From Longimicrobiales bacterium (GTDB lineage Bacteria; Gemmatimonadota; Gemmatimonadetes; Longimicrobiales; Gaopeijiaceae): a stretch of DNA of 64,000 nucleotides. Of this stretch, positions 49,826 to 59,783 are shown piece after piece; the stretch's first letter is position 1, and each line of letters opens with the position of its first letter. The stretch is taken from NCBI GenBank assembly GCA_965202805.1, contig OZ241869.1, forward strand, positions 1,888,001-1,952,000, written 5' to 3'. The notes beneath the pieces were generated by a model that was not told where the DNA came from, searched no databases, and saw only the letters and a list, made by a program, of their open reading frames with translations. A program made the translations under genes and the position numbers.

Positions 49826-50323
49826 CTACGCTTCGTCACCTTCTACATCGAATACCTCGGAGAGTTGTCGCGCCATCGCGGCCCGCGCTTCTGGATCCGC
49901 TTCTTCCTCGATGAACGAGAGCAGGATCCAGAACATGCGGTCGAACACGGTCAGGACGATTCGGTGGTAGGTGTCGGGTGCCGGTTCGGTATGGATGAAC
50001 CGGATGGCGTGGTCAACGACCAAGCTGATGCCTTCAAGCAGGCTCTCGTCGCTCTCGTCCCTCGTGACCCCGCGCGCCATCGCCGTCCAGCGCTCCAGCC
50101 AATGCTCTACGGTGTCCGACACGGAATAGACGGTCGTTCGTCCACCGCGCTCGATCCAGAACCGCGAGTCGGACCTCAACCAGTTGGGCATCCCGGCTTC
50201 CCCAAGCGCCCGAGAGATTGGGTTCAAGCCGGGGTCCTCCGGCACGAACGGGCTAGCGTCGCCAGAATGCGGATCGATCCAGATTCGGTCCAGGTCGTTG
50301 TCGACCGAGCTGAGTTCGCCCAC
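49826..50323 (-). CDS. hypothetical protein in defence island
   Basis: AGGAGG RBS before GTG; 165 aa acidic, helical; co-oriented with mcrBC. Confidence 0.6.
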   Translation of the reverse strand: MGELSSVDNDLDRIWIDPHSGDASPFVPEDPGLNPISRALGEAGMPNWLRSDSRFWIERGGRTTVYSVSDTVEHWLERWTAMARGVTRDESDESLLEGISLVVDHAIRFIHTEPAPDTYHRIVLTVFDRMFWILLSFIEEEADPEARAAMARQLSEVFDVEGDEA

Positions 50324-50577
50324 GAATCGCCTCCTGCAGCAGTGGTTTCGGTGCGAGACGCGTGTGTACTGAGTCAGCTGCGTTGGAGTCGGAACCTCCA
50401 GTCAAGGAAGGTTCAAAGGCGTTTCGTCTCACGATGAACATGACGCGGAGCATGCCACGAGGCCGCTTCCCGGTCAAGAACCGTGTCAGAATCTCTGTGT
50501 CGGAGGGGTGGATTGGCGGGTTTAGGGTTCGAGGTGGATCAGGTGGAAGGGTGGTGAATGATGGGGGGACAGGACTC

Positions 50578-51660
50578 TCAGTTCAGTGCGTGACTCGATG
50601 ACTCGTCGTCGATGGTGTCGAGCATTTCGCTGTGAATACCTTGCCAATCATCGTTGAGATTGACCGTCCGCGCTTGGATGCGGAAGCTCTCAAGACGGAT
50701 ATCGGCCCTGAGGGGTTCGTCCACCAGCGGGTACAACAGAATGCCTTCGTGCTTTGGCCCCTGGGGCTGTGTGGCCTCCCGGTTTCTCAAGTATGCCAGG
50801 AGCTGGTACAGGTTGGGGGAGTGCAACTTACCGATGTGGGACCCACCCCTGCCTGACACCGGGCTGCTATAGTACTTCGTGTCCAAGATGATTCGGCGTA
50901 AGGGTGACTCCAGGATGACGTCCGCCTCCATGACAGGGATCCTCGATCGATCTGCGGAAGTCGCGCCGCTACTGCCTGCCCACGCGATCCGACGCCCCCC
51001 GCGGTTCACGCGATAGACATTCTGTTCGCGGCGATAGAATCCAGTTACAAAGTCCTCGAAGAGACGCCACATCTGAGCCTCATCACGCCGAAAATCAACG
51101 AACCGGACGTGACCGGTCTTTTCGTCCACGACTTGGCTCTCGTACAGGAGCTTGCAAACAGAGAGCAGGAACTGGTAGAGCCGCCGGTTTCCGCCAAGCT
51201 GGAGCCGACCAAAGGTATTTCGGTCGAGTGGAACGCGGGACACCCCATCCATCCTAGTGTGCGCCGACCGTACCTCCTTCCGGATCTGATTGTCCAGCCC
51301 AGTCTTGCCGGAGAGCAACCTACGCAGCGATGTACGGAGGATGCGATTCGACAAGATGTCCACCGAGAGCTCTTCGAAATCGCAGGCCGCTCGGCCTCTG
51401 GCCCGCAGCGCACGCTTGGCCATCTCGCTGATCGCCAGCTTGCCGCGAATCCCCGCGAGATCCTCCCGCCTCTCGACGTAACCTCGATCAATGCCACGCC
51501 GCAGAAGGTGGTTGACCCCGCCGGCAAGTACCTTTCCCAAGAGGTCTTGTGGAGCCGACAGGTGGCTGAGCGCGGATAGGCGCGCGACATCACAGTCTTG
51601 AGCGCGTCCCCACGCATAGCAGAGGAGGTAGTAGACGTTGAGGATCGGGATGTTCTTCAA
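50578..51660 (-). CDS. mcrC: McrC-like restriction nuclease subunit
   Basis: IPILNVYYLLCYAW, LFEDFV, ADVIL...ILDTKYY, NLYQLLAYL; 4-nt overlap with mcrB. Confidence 0.9.
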   Translation of the reverse strand: MKNIPILNVYYLLCYAWGRAQDCDVARLSALSHLSAPQDLLGKVLAGGVNHLLRRGIDRGYVERREDLAGIRGKLAISEMAKRALRARGRAACDFEELSVDILSNRILRTSLRRLLSGKTGLDNQIRKEVRSAHTRMDGVSRVPLDRNTFGRLQLGGNRRLYQFLLSVCKLLYESQVVDEKTGHVRFVDFRRDEAQMWRLFEDFVTGFYRREQNVYRVNRGGRRIAWAGSSGATSADRSRIPVMEADVILESPLRRIILDTKYYSSPVSGRGGSHIGKLHSPNLYQLLAYLRNREATQPQGPKHEGILLYPLVDEPLRADIRLESFRIQARTVNLNDDWQGIHSEMLDTIDDESSSHALN

Positions 51661-52883
51661 GGCTGACCGTTGCCGTTGAGCGCCGCTACGGCCTTCTCGA
51701 CATCGTCGGGCGAATCGAACCAGTACTCCCGGAGAAGCGGTTCGATTTGGGTATCGACGATGTGAGTGTACCGGGCTTCCGAAATGCCCTCTCCATCGTC
51801 GGGAACGAAATAGCTGTGCCCGATCTCGAAGCCGGGACCGAGTTCGGGGTCTTCTTCGATCTTCCGGTTCAGCGCGCCCATGCGTTCAACGATGCGGCTG
51901 ACGAGGGTCGGTTCGGTTCCTTTCGACTCCAGGTATCGTTTGAACTCTGGCCGGCTGTATCCCGGTTCCAGCGTCTCAAACGCAAAGCGCCGGCGAAGCG
52001 CATAGTCCACTAGGGCTAGCGACCTGTCGGCAGTGTTCATCATTCCCAGGATGTGAACGTTCTCCGGAACGTGGAACCATCTGTCGGAATAGGTGAGGGA
52101 AACGGCGAACTTGTCGCTACGTTTGTCCGCTTCGATCAGCATGAGGAGTTCGCCGAAGATGCGCGAGAGATTGCCCCGGTTGATCTCGTCGATGATGAAG
52201 ACATGCGGTGTTCCCGGGTCGTCCAGCGCGCGCTGGCAGAAGCGGTAGAAGACGCCATCCTTGAGGTCAAAGCCGCCGTCGTCCGTGGGTCGGTACCCCT
52301 GGACAAAGTCCTCGTATGCATAGGACTGGTGGAACTGTACCATCCCGATGGGATCAGAGTTCTTGTACCCAATCAGACACCACGCGAGTCGGCGGGCGAT
52401 GAACGTCTTACCTGTCCCTGGCGGTCCCTGAAGGATGAGGTTTTTGCGCGTTCGGATTGACTCGAGGAGACGCTCGAAGCGGTCACGAGGGAGGAAAAGG
52501 TCCTCGTGGGCATCATCGATCGTGTAGGGTTCCAGCGCGCCGACGCGGCGTAGTATAGCGTCAGCTGCACGACGAAGCTTGCCTCGGTCGATCCTCGCGA
52601 ACTCGTCCCAGATTTCCTTGTCCAGCTTGCCGCCCTGACTCAGGCCTCGTCCCTCATATTCCGGATCGAAGGGCAGGAAGTTGCCGAGCTTCATCGCGAC
52701 TCCGTTAGGATTCCGGAGGTATCCCTCCTTGTCGTGCGAGGGATGAACGGGGAATCCGTTTAGCAGAGCGCTGAGCTTCTTGACTCCGGGGTGGGTCTTG
52801 CTACCACGGGCACGTGGCTCACGGAAGTACAAATCCAGCGCCAGAATCAATTCGTCACGACACCAGTTCGGGCTTTTCGGCAT
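51657..52883 (-). CDS. mcrB: McrB-like AAA+ GTPase with atypical N-terminal domain
   Basis: GPPGTGKT, QFHQSYAYEDFVQG, IIDEINRG, MNTADRS, DYALRRRF, IGHSYF, PLLREYWFD. Confidence 0.92.
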   Translation of the reverse strand: MPKSPNWCRDELILALDLYFREPRARGSKTHPGVKKLSALLNGFPVHPSHDKEGYLRNPNGVAMKLGNFLPFDPEYEGRGLSQGGKLDKEIWDEFARIDRGKLRRAADAILRRVGALEPYTIDDAHEDLFLPRDRFERLLESIRTRKNLILQGPPGTGKTFIARRLAWCLIGYKNSDPIGMVQFHQSYAYEDFVQGYRPTDDGGFDLKDGVFYRFCQRALDDPGTPHVFIIDEINRGNLSRIFGELLMLIEADKRSDKFAVSLTYSDRWFHVPENVHILGMMNTADRSLALVDYALRRRFAFETLEPGYSRPEFKRYLESKGTEPTLVSRIVERMGALNRKIEEDPELGPGFEIGHSYFVPDDGEGISEARYTHIVDTQIEPLLREYWFDSPDDVEKAVAALNGNGQP

Positions 52884-53665
52884 TTGCGACGAGCCTCCAT
52901 CCTATCGGGTCTTGGACCGCAACGGCGGTCTCCTTCTACGTGTTGAGCGATAGGCCCATCTCCCGAATATTAATCGTTTTTTGCGTTGTAAACCATACGG
53001 TTAGTTGCCTCCGCTTGCCGGTGACTCTCGAAGTCCGGACACTGCGTCAGTGTCGAGTTCACCCGCCCTGCGGGGTGCGCTTCCCCGGTAGGGTGAAACG
53101 CTGGCGACTAGGACGAGATGGCCCGGCGAGCGAGAACAACCCACATCAGCCGTCTTCTTCGCAGGACGGCGACAAAACACCTTCGCCCAACAGACGCAAA
53201 CAACCACATGCGTCCGATCCGCGATCAGCGAAAGCGCCCCACCAAACCATCGGCCACAGAGGCACAACCGCGCCGCAGCCCCTGACCTCGGCTATTACGG
53301 GTGTCGGATGTTGTCGCGTAGCCACGACATCGTCGCCACCTCGCCGAGGCAAGATTCCGCGAATGGGATATGCCGACGGACCGCCAGACCGGCCGTTCCT
53401 CCCCGGCTGCCTTGGTCGTCTCCGACGGCGCTGCCGTTCACCCGCGACATCACCCTCCAACTCCCCATACCGCAGCCGGGCGTCCCTTGGATGGATGCCC
53501 CGGCGACCACCGCACGCCGTCCACAGATTGCCTCTTCGGTCCCGCGCGGCTCCATCGCATTAGTTGCCGAGGTCACGCTGCCTCGGAGGGCACGCTGTAT
53601 TCGATCATCATGAGTCGCTCAACTCGACGCATCTATTTCATTGAGCACATCATTAGGCGATCTCG

Positions 53666-55900
53666 TCATTCCTGTCCGTGTTGTGACGGCTGGTGTTGAA
53701 TGATCCAACCTCGAGCCAACCGTCCCGGTGTCCAAACGGCAATAACCGGAACGCCTCTAGTATGTGAGCGCCCGTTCATTCGAAGGTCAAGCATGTGAAT
53801 CTGTACGGTCACCTTATCGTGATGCCTTAGATATCGATCACCCCGATACACCTTCCCACGATTCGGCAACTCGACGGGGTATTCTCCTTGAAACAACTCA
53901 CTGACTTTTCCTTCCTCATTGATTTCCCGCGTCCGTCGGGCACTCGGGCTGATGCGATATACGATACACAACTCGTCCGGACATTCTGCCAGCGCGCGCT
54001 TAAGTAGGAGTAGCATTCCAATATTCCGCTCTGAGTCGCGAGCGGAGGTAACTCGGATGCCGACGAGCAACTCTTCGAACACTTGCCGAAGCGGAATGTC
54101 ACTACAAATCTCGTGGCGCTGTACCGGTCGGCGCTCTGGATGCCCCACGTCGGGCGTAAATGAAAGGGTCTGAATGAAGGAGTCCACGATCTTTCTGTTT
54201 GATCGCATGACCGACGGTGACGCCAAAACAACGCGCGGTGATGTCCAATTTGCCGATGTCCCACCTCGAATATAGCCATATTCCAGCACCTGTCTTCGGC
54301 AGGGGCTGAGGGCTGGGTCAAGCATGAAACTACGCTTCCAGTCCGTCAGAGGTTTGCCTGACTGATCATGCTCTTGCAACTGCTCTCGCATATCCTCTTC
54401 GTGATCAATGTAGTTCCGAAACGCATCAATGGTAGCCTGTTCCAGGTAGATGCGACAGAATCCCAGATACGGCCGCTTATATCCAAAGAACCGGCCACGC
54501 TGTTGCACGGTGTCTGCGTTTCCCACGCCGACTCCCCGTGGCATATAGGTTACGGTGAGACCTTCCACCGTGAAACCCCGGTTCATCGCTTGGCCTCCGA
54601 CAAGCACCCACGCGTACGTGCTGGACCAATCCACCTCCGGCGTCTTCCCACCCGTTCGGGCATTCACCTCCAGAATGCCCGTGTTCCGGAGCGCCACGGA
54701 TAGAAACGGCGCTAACTCCGAGAATTCTGGTAAAGACGACCCCACCGTGTATTGCAATTCCTGATGCGCCGTCATGAAATCGTCCAGGAGCGCCTGCTTA
54801 TCTGCCTCGAAATCGGGCAACCCCAATATCCGCTGCCATTCCCCTAATATGTCGTTAACCCACGTGTAATATCGCTCGTGTTGGCACGTCCGAAACGATG
54901 GGTGCACAAGCATAGACCGGTTGCCGCTGTCATCACTTGCAATAAACCCGGCGGTGACGCCCATCATGAACACGCGCATTGCGTCCAGTAGACTCTCCGG
55001 CGGGTCGATTCTGGGAACCGATCCTACAGGTACATCGTCGTCGGGAATCAATCGGATATAGTGGGACGCTGGCCCGAAAAACTCCCGGCCGCCTACATAG
55101 TCTTCACCCGGCTCAAGGACGGTTACAAAACTGGGCGAGAGGGAATCAATGATACTAATAAGAAGAGGTGCTTGTGGTGTTGCCGTATACTGAAGAAACG
55201 TGTGCAATGGTAACGCGTCGCGGACTTCCATCAAGCGCCGATAAGTAGTGCTTTCTCTGCTGCGCGTCACAGCCGCATTGAGGCTCGCCTGGTCCGCCTC
55301 GTCGTCTATCACGAGGCTGGGAACGCCCCGCATTTCCAACGTGCACAGTAGGTCCCCGAGAGCCTGGAGGCGCCGGTGATGCTTAAGAACCGTGATCAGA
55401 ATAGTTTTCCGGAATCCCGCCGGCGTGCTGACGTCGCGCCAGTCTGCGAGCACGTTGCGGAGCCGCCCGCGAGTACTATCGTCATTGGCGGGATTCTGGA
55501 AATGCAGCCAACGTCGCGATCTCCCTGGATCATCGAGTCCGAGATCGCGACGGACTCGGTCCGTGGATTGCTCCAGTAGCGGAGTGGAGGTGCCTGCAAT
55601 GACAATGATCATTTGAAATTGATTATCACATGCCAAAGCCGCGACCGTCTCAAACGACATAGTTTTACCACTTTGCACGTAACCGACTACAAGTCCGGTT
55701 TCTTGCCGTTCTGAGGACGAATCGTTTGGGTTGATTCCTCGGGCGAGCACACCAGCAGCTGTGTCGACAATAACATCGCCGCTCCTGATGGACTTGACCC
55801 TCCTTAGAAGATCGGTTGCCTCCTTCCCCCGCCTTGGTTGCCAACGCCGCTGACTGGCGCCGTTAGAATCTGTTTCTACGATTGTGGGATCGTCGGTCAT
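53666..55900 (-). CDS. Z1 domain-containing SF2 helicase-like protein
   Basis: GYVQSGKT, IDDEADQASLN, YTATPQA, RGFTVEGLTVTY, QRGRFFGY. Confidence 0.92.
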   Translation of the reverse strand: MTDDPTIVETDSNGASQRRWQPRRGKEATDLLRRVKSIRSGDVIVDTAAGVLARGINPNDSSSERQETGLVVGYVQSGKTMSFETVAALACDNQFQMIIVIAGTSTPLLEQSTDRVRRDLGLDDPGRSRRWLHFQNPANDDSTRGRLRNVLADWRDVSTPAGFRKTILITVLKHHRRLQALGDLLCTLEMRGVPSLVIDDEADQASLNAAVTRSRESTTYRRLMEVRDALPLHTFLQYTATPQAPLLISIIDSLSPSFVTVLEPGEDYVGGREFFGPASHYIRLIPDDDVPVGSVPRIDPPESLLDAMRVFMMGVTAGFIASDDSGNRSMLVHPSFRTCQHERYYTWVNDILGEWQRILGLPDFEADKQALLDDFMTAHQELQYTVGSSLPEFSELAPFLSVALRNTGILEVNARTGGKTPEVDWSSTYAWVLVGGQAMNRGFTVEGLTVTYMPRGVGVGNADTVQQRGRFFGYKRPYLGFCRIYLEQATIDAFRNYIDHEEDMREQLQEHDQSGKPLTDWKRSFMLDPALSPCRRQVLEYGYIRGGTSANWTSPRVVLASPSVMRSNRKIVDSFIQTLSFTPDVGHPERRPVQRHEICSDIPLRQVFEELLVGIRVTSARDSERNIGMLLLLKRALAECPDELCIVYRISPSARRTREINEEGKVSELFQGEYPVELPNRGKVYRGDRYLRHHDKVTVQIHMLDLRMNGRSHTRGVPVIAVWTPGRLARGWIIQHQPSQHGQE

Positions 55901-55908
55901 GGGTCTTG

Positions 55909-57438
55909 TTACCCCTCCGAAAGTGCGTGTCGAAGAATGTCATTGATGTTCCTGCGAACTGTACCGGCGTACCGTACGCCGGCGTCTCGTGCCAATACTT
56001 CGGCGATAGCGATCGCCGCTGCCACCCGGAGTAGCGCCTCTACATTTTCTCGATCGCTTTGCGCAAACCGCACCATGAATGGGTGCGCGATCGACACCCT
56101 GATCGAGAGACAACGTGGCTCGGACTGCCTCGACGGTACGTCAGTGATGGCCAACCACTGCCCTTCCGACGGATCTCCGGTGATGTGCACCTCAACCCTC
56201 CACATCTTGTCCCGAAATGATATATCGAAGCGTCGGCCCGCTATTGCCGTTGGTATGGGCTCACTTACCCTGGGCGTTTCGACCGGTTCTGCGTCCACAA
56301 CACTTGGGAGGACCGCTGGCAGGTTTTCCTCAATAGCGGCCGCGGTCGTAGTGACCGCCTGGTTGGCGATGTCCGTGATCCGCGAGACCGGTTCGCGAAC
56401 CCGATACCCTTCAGCCTGTCGTAGCATTGGCAGGTCGTCGTCGTCGAGGTGCTCACGAAGCAATTCAAGAAACGGTCGCTCATTATCGTCCCAGCGAAAG
56501 CCGTCTTTGGTGTGGCTCACAGCGAATCCACGAAGGTGGAGTTCGCCGAACAATCGTTGATAGCAGTACCTGTTGGGGCTGCCAAAAATATATCGTGGTC
56601 GGTATTTCTCATCGGCGCTACCCTCAATCACACGATTCCTGCGAAACAACGAAAAGCCAGCTCTTGTAGTACTCCCCGTACGCCGGAGCGCAGCGAAACC
56701 ATGTACCGACAGGCCATCGCCGAAGTCAAAATCAATTTCTGTACGCCACGTCTGTGCAGGGCCCTCTTTGTTCTTGTAGTACGGAGCCGCCAATATTTCG
56801 GGTTCGTTGTAGGATAACGAGTCTCCGTTGAATCTCAGATCGAGAACTTCCTGTCGAATGAACTCTCGATAAATGTCCGTCAGATGTTCCTTGAGCTTAC
56901 CGATGGTACGCCCGACAGGGACGTGGAAGACATCTTTCAGCCAAATCTCCGTGTAGTGATGGGCAACGTCTTCAGAATCTTGAAGAATGTGAAGTTCCCG
57001 AATGTCGTCATCAACTATGTTCTGGATGTCAAAATCGATGGTGCGAACTACTGGCTCACCGAAAGCGGACGTTCGGACCGTCCACCTCGGTGCAAACCAG
57101 CACGCTGCACTTTTCATTCCCATACCGAATTCCGCGAGGCCCGTGCGATCTGCCGGCAATGATGCTGGCCGAAACGCCCGCGTATACTCATCCTCGTGGA
57201 TCCCGGCCGCATTGTCTCGGACGGAGATAGATGCAGGCGGAGTTGAGTCGATATCGATGTCGACAACAAGTCGCGAACCACTTGGGTGTGCCCGCCCCAA
57301 TGCATCCTGATGGGTCAGAAAACTTTCTAGGGAGTTGTCCACGAACTCCGCGAGTGCATACCAGGGACGGTAGTTAAGATGTCGCAAGACGGCGAGGACG
57401 CTAACGCCAGGCCGGATGTCGACCGTTTGGGGACCCAT
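55909..57438 (-). CDS. MORC-type GHKL ATPase (HATPase_c_3)
   Basis: ALAEFVDNS, VRDNAAGI, FGMGMKSAA; later S5-like GFSLFRRNRVI, RLFGELH. Confidence 0.9.
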   Translation of the reverse strand: MGPQTVDIRPGVSVLAVLRHLNYRPWYALAEFVDNSLESFLTHQDALGRAHPSGSRLVVDIDIDSTPPASISVRDNAAGIHEDEYTRAFRPASLPADRTGLAEFGMGMKSAACWFAPRWTVRTSAFGEPVVRTIDFDIQNIVDDDIRELHILQDSEDVAHHYTEIWLKDVFHVPVGRTIGKLKEHLTDIYREFIRQEVLDLRFNGDSLSYNEPEILAAPYYKNKEGPAQTWRTEIDFDFGDGLSVHGFAALRRTGSTTRAGFSLFRRNRVIEGSADEKYRPRYIFGSPNRYCYQRLFGELHLRGFAVSHTKDGFRWDDNERPFLELLREHLDDDDLPMLRQAEGYRVREPVSRITDIANQAVTTTAAAIEENLPAVLPSVVDAEPVETPRVSEPIPTAIAGRRFDISFRDKMWRVEVHITGDPSEGQWLAITDVPSRQSEPRCLSIRVSIAHPFMVRFAQSDRENVEALLRVAAAIAIAEVLARDAGVRYAGTVRRNINDILRHALSEG

Positions 57439-57457
57439 TTTCTATTCCGTGTCGTGA

Positions 57458-58987
57458 CTAAATAAAGTTCTGCTGTTGAAGTTGCCGCCGGTCCTCGGAC
57501 GCGGACGCTGGCAAGGGGCGTGACGGACGGGATGTCGTCGATGTTGTGGGTATCGGAGTCGGATGTGCCAACAACGCTTTCGCTATTCGCCGGACGACAT
57601 CGACATTGACTGCATTTCCGAGCGCCTTGAAGGACGCTGTTTGGCTGTCAGGCAGATGCGGAAGGGTGTCCATACTCTGGAGTCGGCTGCATTCCCGAGT
57701 AGTCATATACCGGCGCTCCCAGGCGACGACCGGTACTTGGCTGGTGGTCATCGCGACCAGAGACGGCGCCGCGGCTGGTCGCTTCACTCTTATGCCGGAT
57801 GCCCGGAACTGAATGAGATACTGCCAGATGTTGCGCTCTTCTCCCTTGCAGTTCCATTCGAGCTTTTGGAAGCTCGGGGCAAAGGAACGTATCGACGAAA
57901 GCCAATCGTCGATCCAACGACGGTGGCGCTGGTACAACGACCGATTTTGGCGAATGAAGGTGACCTTCCACCTAGGAAAAGGTGACTTCTTGTTACGAGC
58001 ATACGGTGGAAGATGGGAGGCGAGTTGGGATTTCGAAACGTTTGCCAAGGGTTGCCCGAAGCTTCCACGAAAACGGCGGAGGTGGGAGTGCTTTACACGG
58101 AGCGGAGCGGAAAAGACGTATGGATAGGTTGCGCCGAATTCCATGGCCCAGATCGGAAATGATGGCAGTTCTTCGTTCTTCGGAAACCGATTTAGGAAGT
58201 CCTGCCACGCATCTAAATAAGCGACAAAGGATGCCGGCAACAGGCGCGCATCCGCCGGGCTTTTATCGAGAACGGAATGAACCGCAAGAGTGGGATGAGG
58301 AGTGGACACTGAGGGCCACGAAAAGCCACGCAATCCATCGCGACAGCCTACGATGAAAGCACGCTGTCGGATCTGGGGAATGCCAAAGTCGTGGGGCGAG
58401 AATAATCGGCTTTGTACGCTGTAGCCAATCCCCTCAATACGCTCGCGAATCTGGCGCCACGTTGCTCCGTGTTCATGACGCACCAAATTGGGTACATTCT
58501 CGAAAAGAAAGAAGCGAGGCCTGTGAGTTGTTAGGATGTCAATGACATAGTCGATCAAGTCGCCCCACTGAGGGCACGCAAGACCCTGCTGCGTCCCCGC
58601 TTTGGAAAACGGTTGACAAGGAAAACCCGCGCAAAGCACGTCGTGAGCGGGAATGGCGTGGATGTTGAGACTACGGATATCGCCGTGCGGACGAAGACCG
58701 AAATTGCGGTAATACAGAGTGGCGAGGGGATCATCGATTTCGCACGCGAACACGCATTGGTGGCCGAGATCTCGAAGAGCAAGGTGAAATCCCCCAAGCC
58801 CAGCGAAAAGGTCAACGAAGCGAAGTGAGCTTTGGTAAGGTCCGGGTAGCGAGTCCGGGCAGTTCCGTGGTGCCGATGAGTCGAGACGCTCTCGGTTGCG
58901 TGGGTTGACGTCCAGCCCGGCCAGTTGGGCATCGGAAATCGTCGCGTCCTGAAAGTCCAGCCCGGGGCGGCGGTCGGGTGTCCTCAT
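57458..58987 (-). CDS. DNA (cytosine-5)-methyltransferase
   Basis: DLFAGLGG (I), AGFPCQPFS (IV), ENV (VI), PQIRQR (VIII), RECSRLQ (IX), LGNAV (X); start uncertain. Confidence 0.95.
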   Translation of the reverse strand: MRTPDRRPGLDFQDATISDAQLAGLDVNPRNRERLDSSAPRNCPDSLPGPYQSSLRFVDLFAGLGGFHLALRDLGHQCVFACEIDDPLATLYYRNFGLRPHGDIRSLNIHAIPAHDVLCAGFPCQPFSKAGTQQGLACPQWGDLIDYVIDILTTHRPRFFLFENVPNLVRHEHGATWRQIRERIEGIGYSVQSRLFSPHDFGIPQIRQRAFIVGCRDGLRGFSWPSVSTPHPTLAVHSVLDKSPADARLLPASFVAYLDAWQDFLNRFPKNEELPSFPIWAMEFGATYPYVFSAPLRVKHSHLRRFRGSFGQPLANVSKSQLASHLPPYARNKKSPFPRWKVTFIRQNRSLYQRHRRWIDDWLSSIRSFAPSFQKLEWNCKGEERNIWQYLIQFRASGIRVKRPAAAPSLVAMTTSQVPVVAWERRYMTTRECSRLQSMDTLPHLPDSQTASFKALGNAVNVDVVRRIAKALLAHPTPIPTTSTTSRPSRPLPASASEDRRQLQQQNFI

Positions 58988-59192
58988 ATGTTTACGTTAG
59001 CCGATGCTGATGGCGTGAGCAAGGCTGAGTACACCGCTCTGTGTGGGCGAAAGGACCTAACGCTACCCACGCTTACCGTCGAGAAGTAACGCGGCTTGAT
59101 CTTCTCTCGTGAAGCGGGTGCCACCGCCATCGGAAGCGGGTTGAGGCGTGCGGCATGCATGCCGCCCATCGGCCTCCCCGGCAAGGATGGCC

Positions 59193-59572
59193 TCACCACC
59201 TCCCCTCCCCCACCCCAAACCCCTCCACCCCCCACTTCCCCTCATCCCCCAGGCAGAAGTCCGCCATGATGCGGCCGATCACGCTGCAGAACTTGTAGCC
59301 GTGGCCGGAGAGGCCGGCGGCGATGAACGCGTCGTCCATGGCCGGGTGGCGATCCAGGATGAAGTGCTCGTCGGGGCTGGTGGTGAACATGCACGCCACC
59401 ATGCGGCGGGTGGGGCCGTTCGCCTGCGGGAAGTAGGCCGCGATTCCCTCGCGCACGCCGGCTTCGTCCTCCGGTGAGCATTCCCGGTCCAGGCGGTCCG
59501 GGTCGGGCACGGGCTGCACGCGAAGATGATACTTGCCGATCTTGAACCCCTCGCCGCGGTCGTTGGGAAGCC
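59193..59572 (-). pseudogene. duplicated 3' fragment of solA (direct repeat of about 60396-60776)
   Basis: about 380 nt near-identical to the solA 3' end; about 12 differences by manual alignment, mostly third positions; no 5' part. Confidence 0.92.
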
Positions 59573-59783
59573 GGCGGCGGCACTCCAGCCGCTACGAACG
59601 CGCCGTCCAAGGCATTTAATCTGCGTGTCGAAATCACACGTTTCTCCTCCCTGTCTCGTTCTCGAGTCGGCGTGAGGGATCTCCTTGTCTGCGTACTGCG
59701 AATGTAGTACCATCCCGCATGGGATTCTCGGCGGCGAAGGCGGCGGTGGTGGCGGCCCTTCACAAAGGGCGCAGGGAACTGAG

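Noticed and set aside
44590..59190. Intact prophage, ICE or IS element
   Set aside because: No integrase, transposase, relaxase or phage structural genes recognised; left boundary undefined
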